From contig JAKFCY010000002.1 of assembly GCA_036676395.1 (NCBI GenBank), positions 576,001-640,000 of the forward strand: 64,000 nucleotides of DNA. The letters are read 5' to 3'. Position numbers and translations under genes: made by a program. Under the pieces are notes generated by a model. The model was not told the DNA's origin and searched no databases. It was given only the letters and a program-made list of their open reading frames with translations. The DNA comes from Bdellovibrio sp. GTDB taxonomy: Bacteria > Bdellovibrionota > Bdellovibrionia > Bdellovibrionales > Bdellovibrionaceae. Numbering within the stretch: position 1 is the stretch's first letter; the number at the start of each line of letters is the position of its first letter. This document shows positions 39,872 through 48,824 of the stretch, one piece after another.

Positions 39872-41131
39872 ATGAATATACCTAATACAAAAAGATCGAA
39901 TCACATTATTTTAGCTTCACACACGAATTTAAAATATAAAGAAACTCTTCCAGTTAACTGGGGCGAGACAACGGCAAAAGAACGTGGACCAATCGTAGCT
40001 TCTGTATCAAGTGCAAAAGCACGTAACGCCATCGGTTCGCATAGCGGAAGTTACACCGTTTACCGTGCGCTTTCAGTAGCGAGCGGAAAGTTTTCTCAAG
40101 ATCACAGACCTGATCTTCATAACACTGAAGCTCCAACTCCAATTGGTCCATATCCACAATGGATTGACGGACAAAAAATCGTAACTCTTGACCCTTGGGG
40201 TTTAGATCCGATGAAACATTTTAAAGAGTATTTCGATCAAGGTTATGATATCAGACCTTCGATTGCGATGACGCAGGCCCATTTACAATTACCTGAAATT
40301 GCTGAAGCTATTAAAGCGGGTCGCTTAAAACCAGATGGTGTTATCATTAAAGAAAATGGCGATGTTAAAGTTACGAAAGTGGCTTTAGATCCAGTTTGGT
40401 ATTTACCAGGCATCGCTCAGCGCTTAAATGTTTCTGAAGGCGAATTACGTCGTATTTTATTTCAAGAAACTGGCGGCATGTATCCGGAATTTATCACTCG
40501 TCGTGATTTAAAAGTTTGGTTACCACCAATCGGAAGCTCGACGGCGTACATTTTTGGTGATGCGACTCAGTTGGCAAATCCAAAAGTTGAATTAACTTGT
40601 CGTGTGCATGATGAATGTAATGGTTCAGATGTATTCGGTTCTGATATTTGTACTTGTCGTCCATACTTAATGTATGGAATTGAAGATGCAGCTCGTACCG
40701 CTCAACGTGGTGGTGTGGGTATCATCGTGTATTACCGTAAAGAAGGACGTGCACTAGGTGAAGTGACTAAGTTCTTAGTATACAATGCTCGTAAACGCCA
40801 AGAGGGCGGTGACACTGCGGCAACTTACTTTAAACGTACCGAGTGCGTTGCGGGTGTGGAAGATGCGCGTTTTCAAGAGTTCATGCCTGATGCATTACAC
40901 TTTTTCGGGATCACTAAAATCCACAATCTTCATTCAATGAGTAATATGAAATATGATTCGATCGTGAAAAGCGGTATCGAAGTTGTAAATCGTATTTCGA
41001 TTCCAGAGGGTTTAATTCCGGGTGATGCGCAAGTTGAGATGGAAGCTAAAAAAGCTGCCGGCTATTTTGCTCCAGAAGGCGCTAAAGATGTTGAAGGTCT
41101 TAAAAAAGTAAAAGGACGTAACATTGAGTAA
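39872..41131 (+). CDS. URC1-type GTP cyclohydrolase II-like protein with long N-terminal extension
   Basis: RNAIGSHSGSYTVYRAL N-terminal domain; RVHDECNGSDVFGSDICTCRP zinc motif; KEGRALG. Confidence 0.88.
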   Translation: MNIPNTKRSNHIILASHTNLKYKETLPVNWGETTAKERGPIVASVSSAKARNAIGSHSGSYTVYRALSVASGKFSQDHRPDLHNTEAPTPIGPYPQWIDGQKIVTLDPWGLDPMKHFKEYFDQGYDIRPSIAMTQAHLQLPEIAEAIKAGRLKPDGVIIKENGDVKVTKVALDPVWYLPGIAQRLNVSEGELRRILFQETGGMYPEFITRRDLKVWLPPIGSSTAYIFGDATQLANPKVELTCRVHDECNGSDVFGSDICTCRPYLMYGIEDAARTAQRGGVGIIVYYRKEGRALGEVTKFLVYNARKRQEGGDTAATYFKRTECVAGVEDARFQEFMPDALHFFGITKIHNLHSMSNMKYDSIVKSGIEVVNRISIPEGLIPGDAQVEMEAKKAAGYFAPEGAKDVEGLKKVKGRNIE

Positions 41132-42323
41132 GCAAGTCACACTGTCTAATGAACAGATAGATTATATTTTATCTCCGAAGGCTATTCGCGATAATGCTAA
41201 AAAAGTTTTTGATTACACCGTAGAAGGTAACGGCTATTTTGCATTTAACGCTGATAAAATGAAGCCTACGGTGGATTACGTTTTAACGGTCATTCAAAAA
41301 AATTATCCAGATTTAAATATTCCATTTCATTCTCGTTGGGGTCACTTTCGCGTCGGCGGAACAGATCGTTCAAAACAGTTTGAAACAACAGCTGATAAAA
41401 TGGAATTAGCACGCACGAAATTAGATTTAGTCATCACTTCGGTGTTATTAGATGCTGGTGCAGGTGCTGCGTGGAAATACTTTGAAGAATCTTCGGGTAA
41501 ATCTTTTAACCGCTCTGAAGGTTTAGGGGTTGCTTCGCTTTACATGTTTAAATCAGGAGTTATGTGCTCTGACAAAAAATCATGGAAAGCAGATGCTGCG
41601 GGTCTTCAATCGGTGACAGCTAGTGATCTTGAAAAACATTTTCAGGTGACGGCGGATAATCCATTAGTTGGAGTTCAAGGCCGCGTGCAATTATTAAATA
41701 ATTTAGGTAAAGCTTGTGGGCGTAATCCAGTTTTTAAAAAAGATCACCGCCCGGGTAACATTATCGATCACTTAGCTGAAAAGTATGGAAATAAAATTCC
41801 TGCAACCGCGGTTCTGCGCGCAGTGCTTGATGGTCTTGGAGAAATTTGGCCAGGTCGTATTTCTGCAGGCAACGTCAATTTAGGTGATGTTTGGCAACAT
41901 TCAAAATTAGATTTAGTGCCGATTCATAAATTATCACAATGGATGACGTATTCATTGTTAGAACCAATTATGGATGCAGGTTTTGAAGTGACTGGTGTTG
42001 AAGGCTTAACAGGCCTTGCTGAATACCGTAACGGCGGTTTATTTATCGATTCAGGATTGTTGACGATGAAAGATCAAGCCAACCTGGCAAAAGCCTGGAC
42101 ACCGGATTCTGATTTAATTATCGAATGGCGCTCGTTGACGGTTTATCTTTTAGATCAAGTCGGTGATGCGATTCAAAAATCTTTGCAGAAATCTCCCCAG
42201 GATTTTCCGTTAGCTAAAATTTTAGAAGGCGGAACTTGGTGGGCAGGCAGATTTTTGGCTCAAGAAAAACGTGCAGGTGGTAACCCACCATTAAATATCC
42301 AAAGTGATGGAACAGTGTTTTAA
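41124..42323 (+). CDS. URC4/Urg3 family protein (DUF1688)
   Basis: IPFHSRWGHF, SVLLDAGAG..W, RSEGL, HKLSQWMTYSL, GLAEYRNGGL, LEGGTW, SDGTVF end. Confidence 0.9.
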   Translation: MSKQVTLSNEQIDYILSPKAIRDNAKKVFDYTVEGNGYFAFNADKMKPTVDYVLTVIQKNYPDLNIPFHSRWGHFRVGGTDRSKQFETTADKMELARTKLDLVITSVLLDAGAGAAWKYFEESSGKSFNRSEGLGVASLYMFKSGVMCSDKKSWKADAAGLQSVTASDLEKHFQVTADNPLVGVQGRVQLLNNLGKACGRNPVFKKDHRPGNIIDHLAEKYGNKIPATAVLRAVLDGLGEIWPGRISAGNVNLGDVWQHSKLDLVPIHKLSQWMTYSLLEPIMDAGFEVTGVEGLTGLAEYRNGGLFIDSGLLTMKDQANLAKAWTPDSDLIIEWRSLTVYLLDQVGDAIQKSLQKSPQDFPLAKILEGGTWWAGRFLAQEKRAGGNPPLNIQSDGTVF

Positions 42324-42332
42324 GGAATATAT

Positions 42333-42965
42333 ATGGAAAATAAAGTTACAGTATTAAATCATCCGCTTTTAATTCACAAATTAGGTTACCTTCGCGATAA
42401 AGAAACTGGTTCTGGCGAGTTTCGCGAATTAACAAAAGAAATCAGCCGTATTTTAGCTTTTGAAGTTATGCGCGACTGGACAGATATGAAATTGGTGGAT
42501 ATCGAAACACCAATCGCTAAAGCGCAAGTTCAACGTATTCATAACACGCCGGTGGTTGTTTCAATCATGCGTGCCGGTAACGGAATGTTAGATGCCGTGT
42601 TATCGATGATTCCATTTGCTTCAGCTGGATTTATCGGGATTTACCGTGATCGTTTTGTGAATAACACGGTTGAATATTATTTTAAAATGCCTGCCGAGAT
42701 TAAAGGTAAGCTTGCGATTCTTTGTGATCCTTTAGTTGCTACCGCAGACACAATGATTGCAGCGATTGAGCGTTTGAAATCTTACGAAGTAAAACAAATT
42801 CGTATTCTTTCAATCTTGATCAGTGAATTGGCGATTCAAAGAATTCACTCTCTTCATCCAGATGTAGAAATCATGACTTTAAATATTGAAAAAGAAGTTA
42901 ACGAACATGGTTATTTAGTACCTGGATTAGGAGATGCTGGTGACAGGCTTTTTCAAACGAAATAA
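42333..42965 (+). CDS. upp: Uracil phosphoribosyltransferase
   Basis: HPLLIHKL..LRD, IMRAG, DPLVAT, VPGLGDAGDRLF. Confidence 0.93.
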   Translation: MENKVTVLNHPLLIHKLGYLRDKETGSGEFRELTKEISRILAFEVMRDWTDMKLVDIETPIAKAQVQRIHNTPVVVSIMRAGNGMLDAVLSMIPFASAGFIGIYRDRFVNNTVEYYFKMPAEIKGKLAILCDPLVATADTMIAAIERLKSYEVKQIRILSILISELAIQRIHSLHPDVEIMTLNIEKEVNEHGYLVPGLGDAGDRLFQTK

Positions 42966-43578
42966 TCCAATTATTGTCGGAGTTGCTGGCGGAAGTGGTT
43001 CTGGAAAGACCTATTTCGCCAAAGACTTAATGATGAAGCTGGGAACGGATCTGGCTGAAATTGTCTATCAAGACAATTTCTACATCGATCAATCGCATAG
43101 ATTTGACGGTGATGGTGGCTCAGTTAATTTTGATCATCCCGACAGTATTGATTTTTCGTTATTGGCCCAATGCCTTGGTCAGTTAAAAACTGGAAAAGAC
43201 ACGGATATCCCGATTTACGATTTTAAAACGCATACACGTGCTTCAAATAAATTAAAAATTCTGGCGAAGCCAATTATTGTTGTTGATGGAATTTTAATTT
43301 TTCATCCGCCAGAAGTGCGGGCGCAGTTTGATTACCTAGTTTTCTTTGATACTTCTGAAGATTTACGTTTCGAGCGTCGCTTACAGCGCGATGTTAAAGA
43401 ACGCGGACGTACTCCTGAAGGAGTCAGAGCCCAGTTTCAAAGACAAGTAAAGCCAATGCATGATTTATTTGTTGAGCCTTCGAAACATCACGCTAACGTG
43501 GTTGTTAGCGATGATTGTAATTACGATGAAATTCTTGTGAATTGCTGTAACAGTTTACAAAGTCTTAAGCCAAGTTAA
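42934..43578 (+). CDS. udk: Uridine kinase
   Basis: IVGVAGGSGSGKT, NFDHPDS, RRLQRDVKERGR, VKPMH..FVEPSK. Confidence 0.93.
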   Translation: MLVTGFFKRNNPIIVGVAGGSGSGKTYFAKDLMMKLGTDLAEIVYQDNFYIDQSHRFDGDGGSVNFDHPDSIDFSLLAQCLGQLKTGKDTDIPIYDFKTHTRASNKLKILAKPIIVVDGILIFHPPEVRAQFDYLVFFDTSEDLRFERRLQRDVKERGRTPEGVRAQFQRQVKPMHDLFVEPSKHHANVVVSDDCNYDEILVNCCNSLQSLKPS

Positions 43579-44121
43579 AACTTCATCGGCATTTTTATCT
43601 GGTGGAAACACCGGATAGAAAACTTTTTTGATTTTGCCATCTTCAATATACCAAGCCATACGTTTAATTAAACGCTCACCCGCGAATGTGAATGTTGGTA
43701 ATTTCATAGCATCAGTCAGCTTGTAATCTTCATCACTTAAAATCGGAAACGGAATGTGATTTCGTTCTACGAATTCTTTTTGTACAGCAGGAGATTGCAT
43801 GCTTAAGCCGTAAATATTTACGCCTAAGGTTTTGAATTCCTGATATAAATCACGGAAGCTGCAAGATTGCGGTGTGCAGCCACGAGCGCCGGGGATTGCA
43901 TCCCAAAGCTCGGGATCAGTGTTGGGTTCTAATGGACTACCAGCGCGTGGATAGATAAATAAAACTGTGGGCTTACGAAAAATTTCAATAAGCGCCACAT
44001 TTTCGCCAGTTGTCGCAGCTAAACTGATATTCGGAATAGCGTGACCACTTAGGTGGTTCGCCATTCCGTCATCAACGGGCTTTGGTAAATTTGCCGGTAA
44101 ATCGTTTAGATTGCTTCGCAT
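43555..44121 (-). CDS. Peroxiredoxin (BCP/PrxQ-like)
   Basis: PGARGCTPQSC, FPILSD, KVFYPVFPP. Confidence 0.85.
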   Translation of the reverse strand: MRSNLNDLPANLPKPVDDGMANHLSGHAIPNISLAATTGENVALIEIFRKPTVLFIYPRAGSPLEPNTDPELWDAIPGARGCTPQSCSFRDLYQEFKTLGVNIYGLSMQSPAVQKEFVERNHIPFPILSDEDYKLTDAMKLPTFTFAGERLIKRMAWYIEDGKIKKVFYPVFPPDKNADEVLTWLKTL

Positions 44122-44618
44122 TAAACTAAAGACTTAAGAGCCGCTTCGTAGTTTGGTTCATCCACGATGTCAGTCACTAGTTCAGTGTGAAGAACTTTAT
44201 CGTCTTCAGATAAAACCACAACCGCACGCGCATATAAACCAGATAAAACTGTATCTTGTAAAGTTAAACCCCAGTCAGCACCGAATGTGCTTTTGAAACC
44301 AGATAAACTTTCGCAATTTTTAATGCCTTCAGCACCGCAAAAGCGCGCTTGAGCAAAAGGTAAATCTAAAGAAACGTTTAACACCACAGTGTTATTCATG
44401 TCTGAAGCTAATTTGTTAAATTGGCGAACCGAAGCAGCGCATGTGCCTGTGTCAATTGAAGGAAAAATATTTAAAACTTTTCTTTTGCCAGCGTAAGAGG
44501 TGTTTGAAGCTTCAGATAAATCGCTCTTAATAAGCTTAGAGAAAGTTACTTTTTGGCCAACAGTTGGAAGTGAACCGATCGTGTTTGCAGGTGTGCCTTT
44601 GAATTTTAAAGTAGCCAT
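44121..44618 (-). CDS. tpx: Thiol peroxidase
   Basis: FPSIDTGTC, DLPFAQARFCG, EPNYEAAL. Confidence 0.95.
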   Translation of the reverse strand: MATLKFKGTPANTIGSLPTVGQKVTFSKLIKSDLSEASNTSYAGKRKVLNIFPSIDTGTCAASVRQFNKLASDMNNTVVLNVSLDLPFAQARFCGAEGIKNCESLSGFKSTFGADWGLTLQDTVLSGLYARAVVVLSEDDKVLHTELVTDIVDEPNYEAALKSLV

Positions 44619-44728
44619 GAAATCTCCTCTTTTTAGTGTGAGAATCCATAGTGAAGTAATGCGGGAAGAGGCGCTACTGTTAACGCATTGAAATATTTGT
44701 GTTATAAAATTTAAACAAATGACACGAA

Positions 44729-45490
44729 CTAAAAATACAGCTGCAAAGTCACTTTTGAGCCTTCGCGGCTGATATTGCTTTCTACACCGTTTTTAATCGA
44801 GTTTTGCTGCTCTTTAAAGTACGAGCCCATCACGCGTAGTGACGCAAAGTCTATAAACAATCCTGTAGATTGAGTGTTGGCTTTGGTGTTGCCATAAAAG
44901 TCTTCAGAGATCTGAAAATACTGACGGTAATTTCCATAGATGCCGAAATATTTGAACAAATAAAGTTGCAGCGTCCCTGCTGCAAATTGCTGGTTCATGC
45001 GGTAAGCACCAACGCTATCAGTGCGCGTGCGCAAGCCGTAATGTACAGTCAAATGCGTTCCTTGCAGTGTGTGTCCGAATAAACGTAAATTTAACATTCC
45101 AGCTGTATCCTTGAAATGTTCTTCAGTGTTGTTCTGGTATTCTCCGGTTAAGCCCACTAGTGTTGCGTATGCGGAAAGCTCTCCTTCAAAAGCTCTGAAC
45201 TTCTGTACCGGATTTACTCGATCATCCAATGAATACTGATTCATGTTAATCCCCAACATGAATTCGTACGGTGATGGAGTGTTCAGAGAAAGCCACATAT
45301 CCATAACCTGATTGCGGTTTTTCTGCTCCAACCAATCGTATAAATTAAATCGTTTAGCTTCTCGGGCTGCAGAGCCGCGCGATAGTAACCACGGTCTGCT
45401 TGATCCGCCACTTGATTCTTGCGCGCCCGCGATTTCAGTAAAAAAATGAACCAAAGTGAGAAGCGATATTATCCAAACTAGCTGTTTCAT
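44729..45490 (-). CDS. Putative outer-membrane beta-barrel protein
   Basis: Signal peptide, aromatic beta-strands, C-terminal LQLYF. Confidence 0.6.
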   Translation of the reverse strand: MKQLVWIISLLTLVHFFTEIAGAQESSGGSSRPWLLSRGSAAREAKRFNLYDWLEQKNRNQVMDMWLSLNTPSPYEFMLGINMNQYSLDDRVNPVQKFRAFEGELSAYATLVGLTGEYQNNTEEHFKDTAGMLNLRLFGHTLQGTHLTVHYGLRTRTDSVGAYRMNQQFAAGTLQLYLFKYFGIYGNYRQYFQISEDFYGNTKANTQSTGLFIDFASLRVMGSYFKEQQNSIKNGVESNISREGSKVTLQLYF

Positions 45491-45698
45491 ACTTCTATTT
45501 TAGCACTTTCAAGGTTTGAAAACGAAAAATGCGAAGAGTGTTTCAGTCTGAGGCGCTACAGCGTGGCTTTTTAAGAACAGAATGTCTTAGGACAAGAATA
45601 TCGAATTAATTGAATAACTATTAGTGTCATCTTGTTTAAATGTTGCTGCGCCTTAAAAACCGCGCAAGAATTTTCGCTACTACAACGAGGGGAAATTC

Positions 45699-46385
45699 AT
45701 GAACACAGTAAAACAATTGATAGCTATCTTATTCGTAAGTGTTGCGGCCACATCGGCTTTTGCGGCTTTAAAATTTGATTCAGACGTACCTAAAAGCATT
45801 CAAACACAAATGGTTGAAGACCTTGCGTTCATGAACCAAGTGCAAGGATCAGCACAAACACCTTTTCATAAAGAGATCTTTACAGCTCTTGATGGCAAAG
45901 CTTACCAAACATTTTTTGAATCACGCATTTTTTCTGTCGGCGTAGATGCTTGCGGCGGCGGGGCAGCTGTTGCTTGCGTGCAACCTTTCTTTGACCCGAA
46001 CAAAATGTGGTTAACTGAAAATTTCATCAATTTTTCTCACCCGCAAGTGGCTCGCGTAATGGTTGTGTATCATGAAGCACGTCACTCTGAGACTAAAAAT
46101 GGTAATTGGATGCATGCTAACTGCCCAAGACCTTTTCTAGATGTTAACGGTAAAGATATGGTTTCTATCTGGACAGGCGCAAAACTTGAAGGCCAACCGG
46201 CTTGTGATGCTAAATACCAAGGATCATATGGTTCATCGACAATCATGTTAAAAAATATCAGCAAGTACTGCTCTAACTGTAACGACAAAGTTAAAATGGA
46301 TGCTGATATCTATGCGATGGATCAGTTAAACCGTATTTCTAAACCGGCTGTTAAACAGTCAATGTTAGCTGACTTTGCAAACTAA
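45699..46385 (+). CDS. Secreted Cys-rich protein with HExxH motif (putative metallopeptidase)
   Basis: Signal peptide ending AFA; HEARH; six Cys; GAGGGG RBS. Confidence 0.7.
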   Translation: MNTVKQLIAILFVSVAATSAFAALKFDSDVPKSIQTQMVEDLAFMNQVQGSAQTPFHKEIFTALDGKAYQTFFESRIFSVGVDACGGGAAVACVQPFFDPNKMWLTENFINFSHPQVARVMVVYHEARHSETKNGNWMHANCPRPFLDVNGKDMVSIWTGAKLEGQPACDAKYQGSYGSSTIMLKNISKYCSNCNDKVKMDADIYAMDQLNRISKPAVKQSMLADFAN

Positions 46386-47100
46386 CAAAGTTTTCATAAG
46401 ATTAACTCTAGGAGCTCTGCTAGTTGCAGGGCTCTTTTTCGTTGTGCGCTACTTTGATTCGACCGCTTCGAACGAACAACGCATATTGAAGCCTAGTCAG
46501 ATTGATTTTACGAAAAGTAATGAAGTTCAAGAAAAACCTGCTCCAGTTGTTGGTTCCAATTTCGAAGGTGACGACATCATTGAAGCTCCCACTATATTGA
46601 ATGAGCGTGAGCAAAAGTTATGGATAGCGGTTGAATCTATTTTAAAAACTAAGAATGACAATGATCCTGCAGTCAATGAGCTGAAGGGCCTAAGTGCTGA
46701 TTTTCATAAAGCGCTTTTTGATAAATATAACTACTTAAAGATGGAAGACCGTAATGGGCGGGGATTTATTGTATTTTTAGTCGCAAAGAATTTGAGGTCA
46801 TTTGAAGATTTAGAATTCTTGCAAAAAATTTATCAAGAAGCCCCATGTTTAAATTTAGAAAATTGTGCTGTCAGTGCAAATGATGATTCACACTCGGCTG
46901 GGGTTAATCAAACGACGACGATATATCCGCAACTTGTGGGTTTGTATCAGATCGAAAAACAATTGAATGCAAATCCTGATTTGTTGAAAGACGCGGCGAT
47001 GCGCGCTGGAATTTTAGCAACCTTGAAGCAAGCTGAAGCTTTTCCGGTTCCTGCTATTCACGAATTCGCAGCAAAAATTCGCCAAAAATTTAATCTCTAA
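46375..47100 (+). CDS. Membrane-anchored hypothetical protein
   Basis: N-terminal TM; overlaps the upstream gene by 11 nt. Confidence 0.7.
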   Translation: MQTNKVFIRLTLGALLVAGLFFVVRYFDSTASNEQRILKPSQIDFTKSNEVQEKPAPVVGSNFEGDDIIEAPTILNEREQKLWIAVESILKTKNDNDPAVNELKGLSADFHKALFDKYNYLKMEDRNGRGFIVFLVAKNLRSFEDLEFLQKIYQEAPCLNLENCAVSANDDSHSAGVNQTTTIYPQLVGLYQIEKQLNANPDLLKDAAMRAGILATLKQAEAFPVPAIHEFAAKIRQKFNL

Positions 47101-47846
47101 GCTGATTGTTTACGGCTTTCAGAATACTCTAAGAATAGATATTCTGATTTTTTATAAAAAGAATTGTAAGTTTTTAGTATTTCTTCTTGGCTTGAATATT
47201 CTTTAAGAGCTTCTTGTTTAAGTTTTAAATCAACCGTAATTTCAAAACCATAAAACTTACCGCGGGTAAATAGAAGATCAAAAAACATCGACATTATGAA
47301 TCCCAGACGGTGGCCTTCTTCTGCCATTAATTTATAGCCTTGGATAATTCTATGTATGATAAATTTTTTATTTTTGAAGTTTAAAAAGTAAGTAAAACCT
47401 GGCTCTCTTTTTTGTAAAAGTTTTCGTTCGCTAAAAAAGCCAAAGCTATAATTATGATATTTACTGAATTCTTTGGTCGCTAAATAGACCTGTAAATGAT
47501 GAGGATGTGGTTTTTCTCCGCCGTGAGGAGGGTGGGTGATGACAAAATCAAAACGGTACTTTGAAAAAATTTTGATAAAAGCCCGCTTTAATTCGCTTGG
47601 TCGAAGCAGCTTGTTTATGCCAGTGTCTTCGCAGTGGCCAAAAGCAACTTTAAGCCCATATTTATCTGCAACAGCCTGCAATTCTTTTCCGCGTTTAGAA
47701 ACAGCGGCATAAGTCATACATAAAATTAAAACATCATTGCGTTCTTTTAGAAGTTGTATGGATTGAAAACACCATAGCGTTTCATCATCGGGATGAGCGA
47801 CGATAATAAGAATTTTTTTGCGACAAATGTCTTGGAGGCTCTGCAT
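47097..47846 (-). CDS. PIG-L/LmbE family deacetylase
   Basis: AHPDDE, ITH...HPHH, K..AL..Y.SQ. Confidence 0.85.
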   Translation of the reverse strand: MQSLQDICRKKILIIVAHPDDETLWCFQSIQLLKERNDVLILCMTYAAVSKRGKELQAVADKYGLKVAFGHCEDTGINKLLRPSELKRAFIKIFSKYRFDFVITHPPHGGEKPHPHHLQVYLATKEFSKYHNYSFGFFSERKLLQKREPGFTYFLNFKNKKFIIHRIIQGYKLMAEEGHRLGFIMSMFFDLLFTRGKFYGFEITVDLKLKQEALKEYSSQEEILKTYNSFYKKSEYLFLEYSESRKQSA

Positions 47847-47867
47847 AAGTTGAACCTTAGGTTGTCA

Positions 47868-47893
47868 TTACTTTATATATAAGTAAAACTAAT
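47868..47893. promoter_or_regulatory. Candidate LysR binding site in divergent intergenic region
   Basis: TTACTT-N7-AAGTAA palindrome (47868-47886) overlapping ATAAG-N5-CTAAT, a T-N11-A box (47879-47893). Confidence 0.4.
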
Positions 47894-47921
47894 AAGTAAT
47901 AACCAGACATAGGATTTAGTT

Positions 47922-48824
47922 ATGATAAATATGAACCACTTAAGATCGTTTTACATTTGTGCCTTGCATAAAAATGTTACGAAAGCTGCAGAAGAACTTA
48001 AAGTTAGTCAGCCCTCAGTCAGCCAACAGCTTAAAGCCTTTGAAGAAGAGATTGGCTTTTCGTTGTTCTATCGTAATGGCCGCACGTTTGACCTTACTCC
48101 GCAAGGAAAGCGTCTATTCGAAAAGTCACAGACAATTTTTGATTCGTTAATTGGAATTCAGGATTTTATCGAACAACGCAGTGAAGTCTCGGGTGCGGTG
48201 CACCTGAGTGTTTCAGAAGAGATCGAAAGGCCATTTATTGCCAAGATTACTTCTGAATTAATCAGCAGCTCTATTTTTAGTGAAGCCCAGTTTTTTGTTC
48301 ATTCTGTCGATGACAAAATGATTACTGAAAAGCAAAAAGTAAAAAATCAGTTAATACTTTCTCATAAGGCGATGTCACAAGGCCGGTTAATCCAAACTTT
48401 TGAATTTCCGGTAAAGCTAATCACAAAAAAGCAAAACATTGAAATCAATCAGGCCAAGCAGAGTAATGTAAATGCAGTGATAGCGGCATTAGGGCAAAAA
48501 ATTATATTACCAGCGAAAACACATACGCTGCGCGCAGAGATCGAACAACATGTAAATATGGCTGAATTGCAAAATGCCGTTCTTATGGAAAGTAATATTA
48601 TGGCCTGTTTGACAGAGGCCGTTCGTCAGGGTGCAGGCTGTAGTTTGTTACCGATTCAATACGTCTATGAAGATGTGAAAAAAAATAAGTTGTCGGTTTA
48701 TGGTCCGGCTAACGGGTTTTGGAAATATAAAATTTATTTGTATGCAGGAATTGAAGCAGATGAATCCGTGGTTAAAGAGGTTCGTCATATTATTCAACGG
48801 TTCACAATAGAAAAGGGAGGCTAG
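47922..48824 (+). CDS. LysR family regulator (NhaR-like N-terminus)
   Basis: INMNHLRSF...VTKAAEELKVSQPSVSQQLKAFEE. Confidence 0.9.
   Translation: MINMNHLRSFYICALHKNVTKAAEELKVSQPSVSQQLKAFEEEIGFSLFYRNGRTFDLTPQGKRLFEKSQTIFDSLIGIQDFIEQRSEVSGAVHLSVSEEIERPFIAKITSELISSSIFSEAQFFVHSVDDKMITEKQKVKNQLILSHKAMSQGRLIQTFEFPVKLITKKQNIEINQAKQSNVNAVIAALGQKIILPAKTHTLRAEIEQHVNMAELQNAVLMESNIMACLTEAVRQGAGCSLLPIQYVYEDVKKNKLSVYGPANGFWKYKIYLYAGIEADESVVKEVRHIIQRFTIEKGG

Noticed and set aside
39872..41131. Calling this ribA (riboflavin synthesis)
   Set aside because: Long URC1-type N-terminal domain and URC4/upp/udk neighbours; no rib genes nearby
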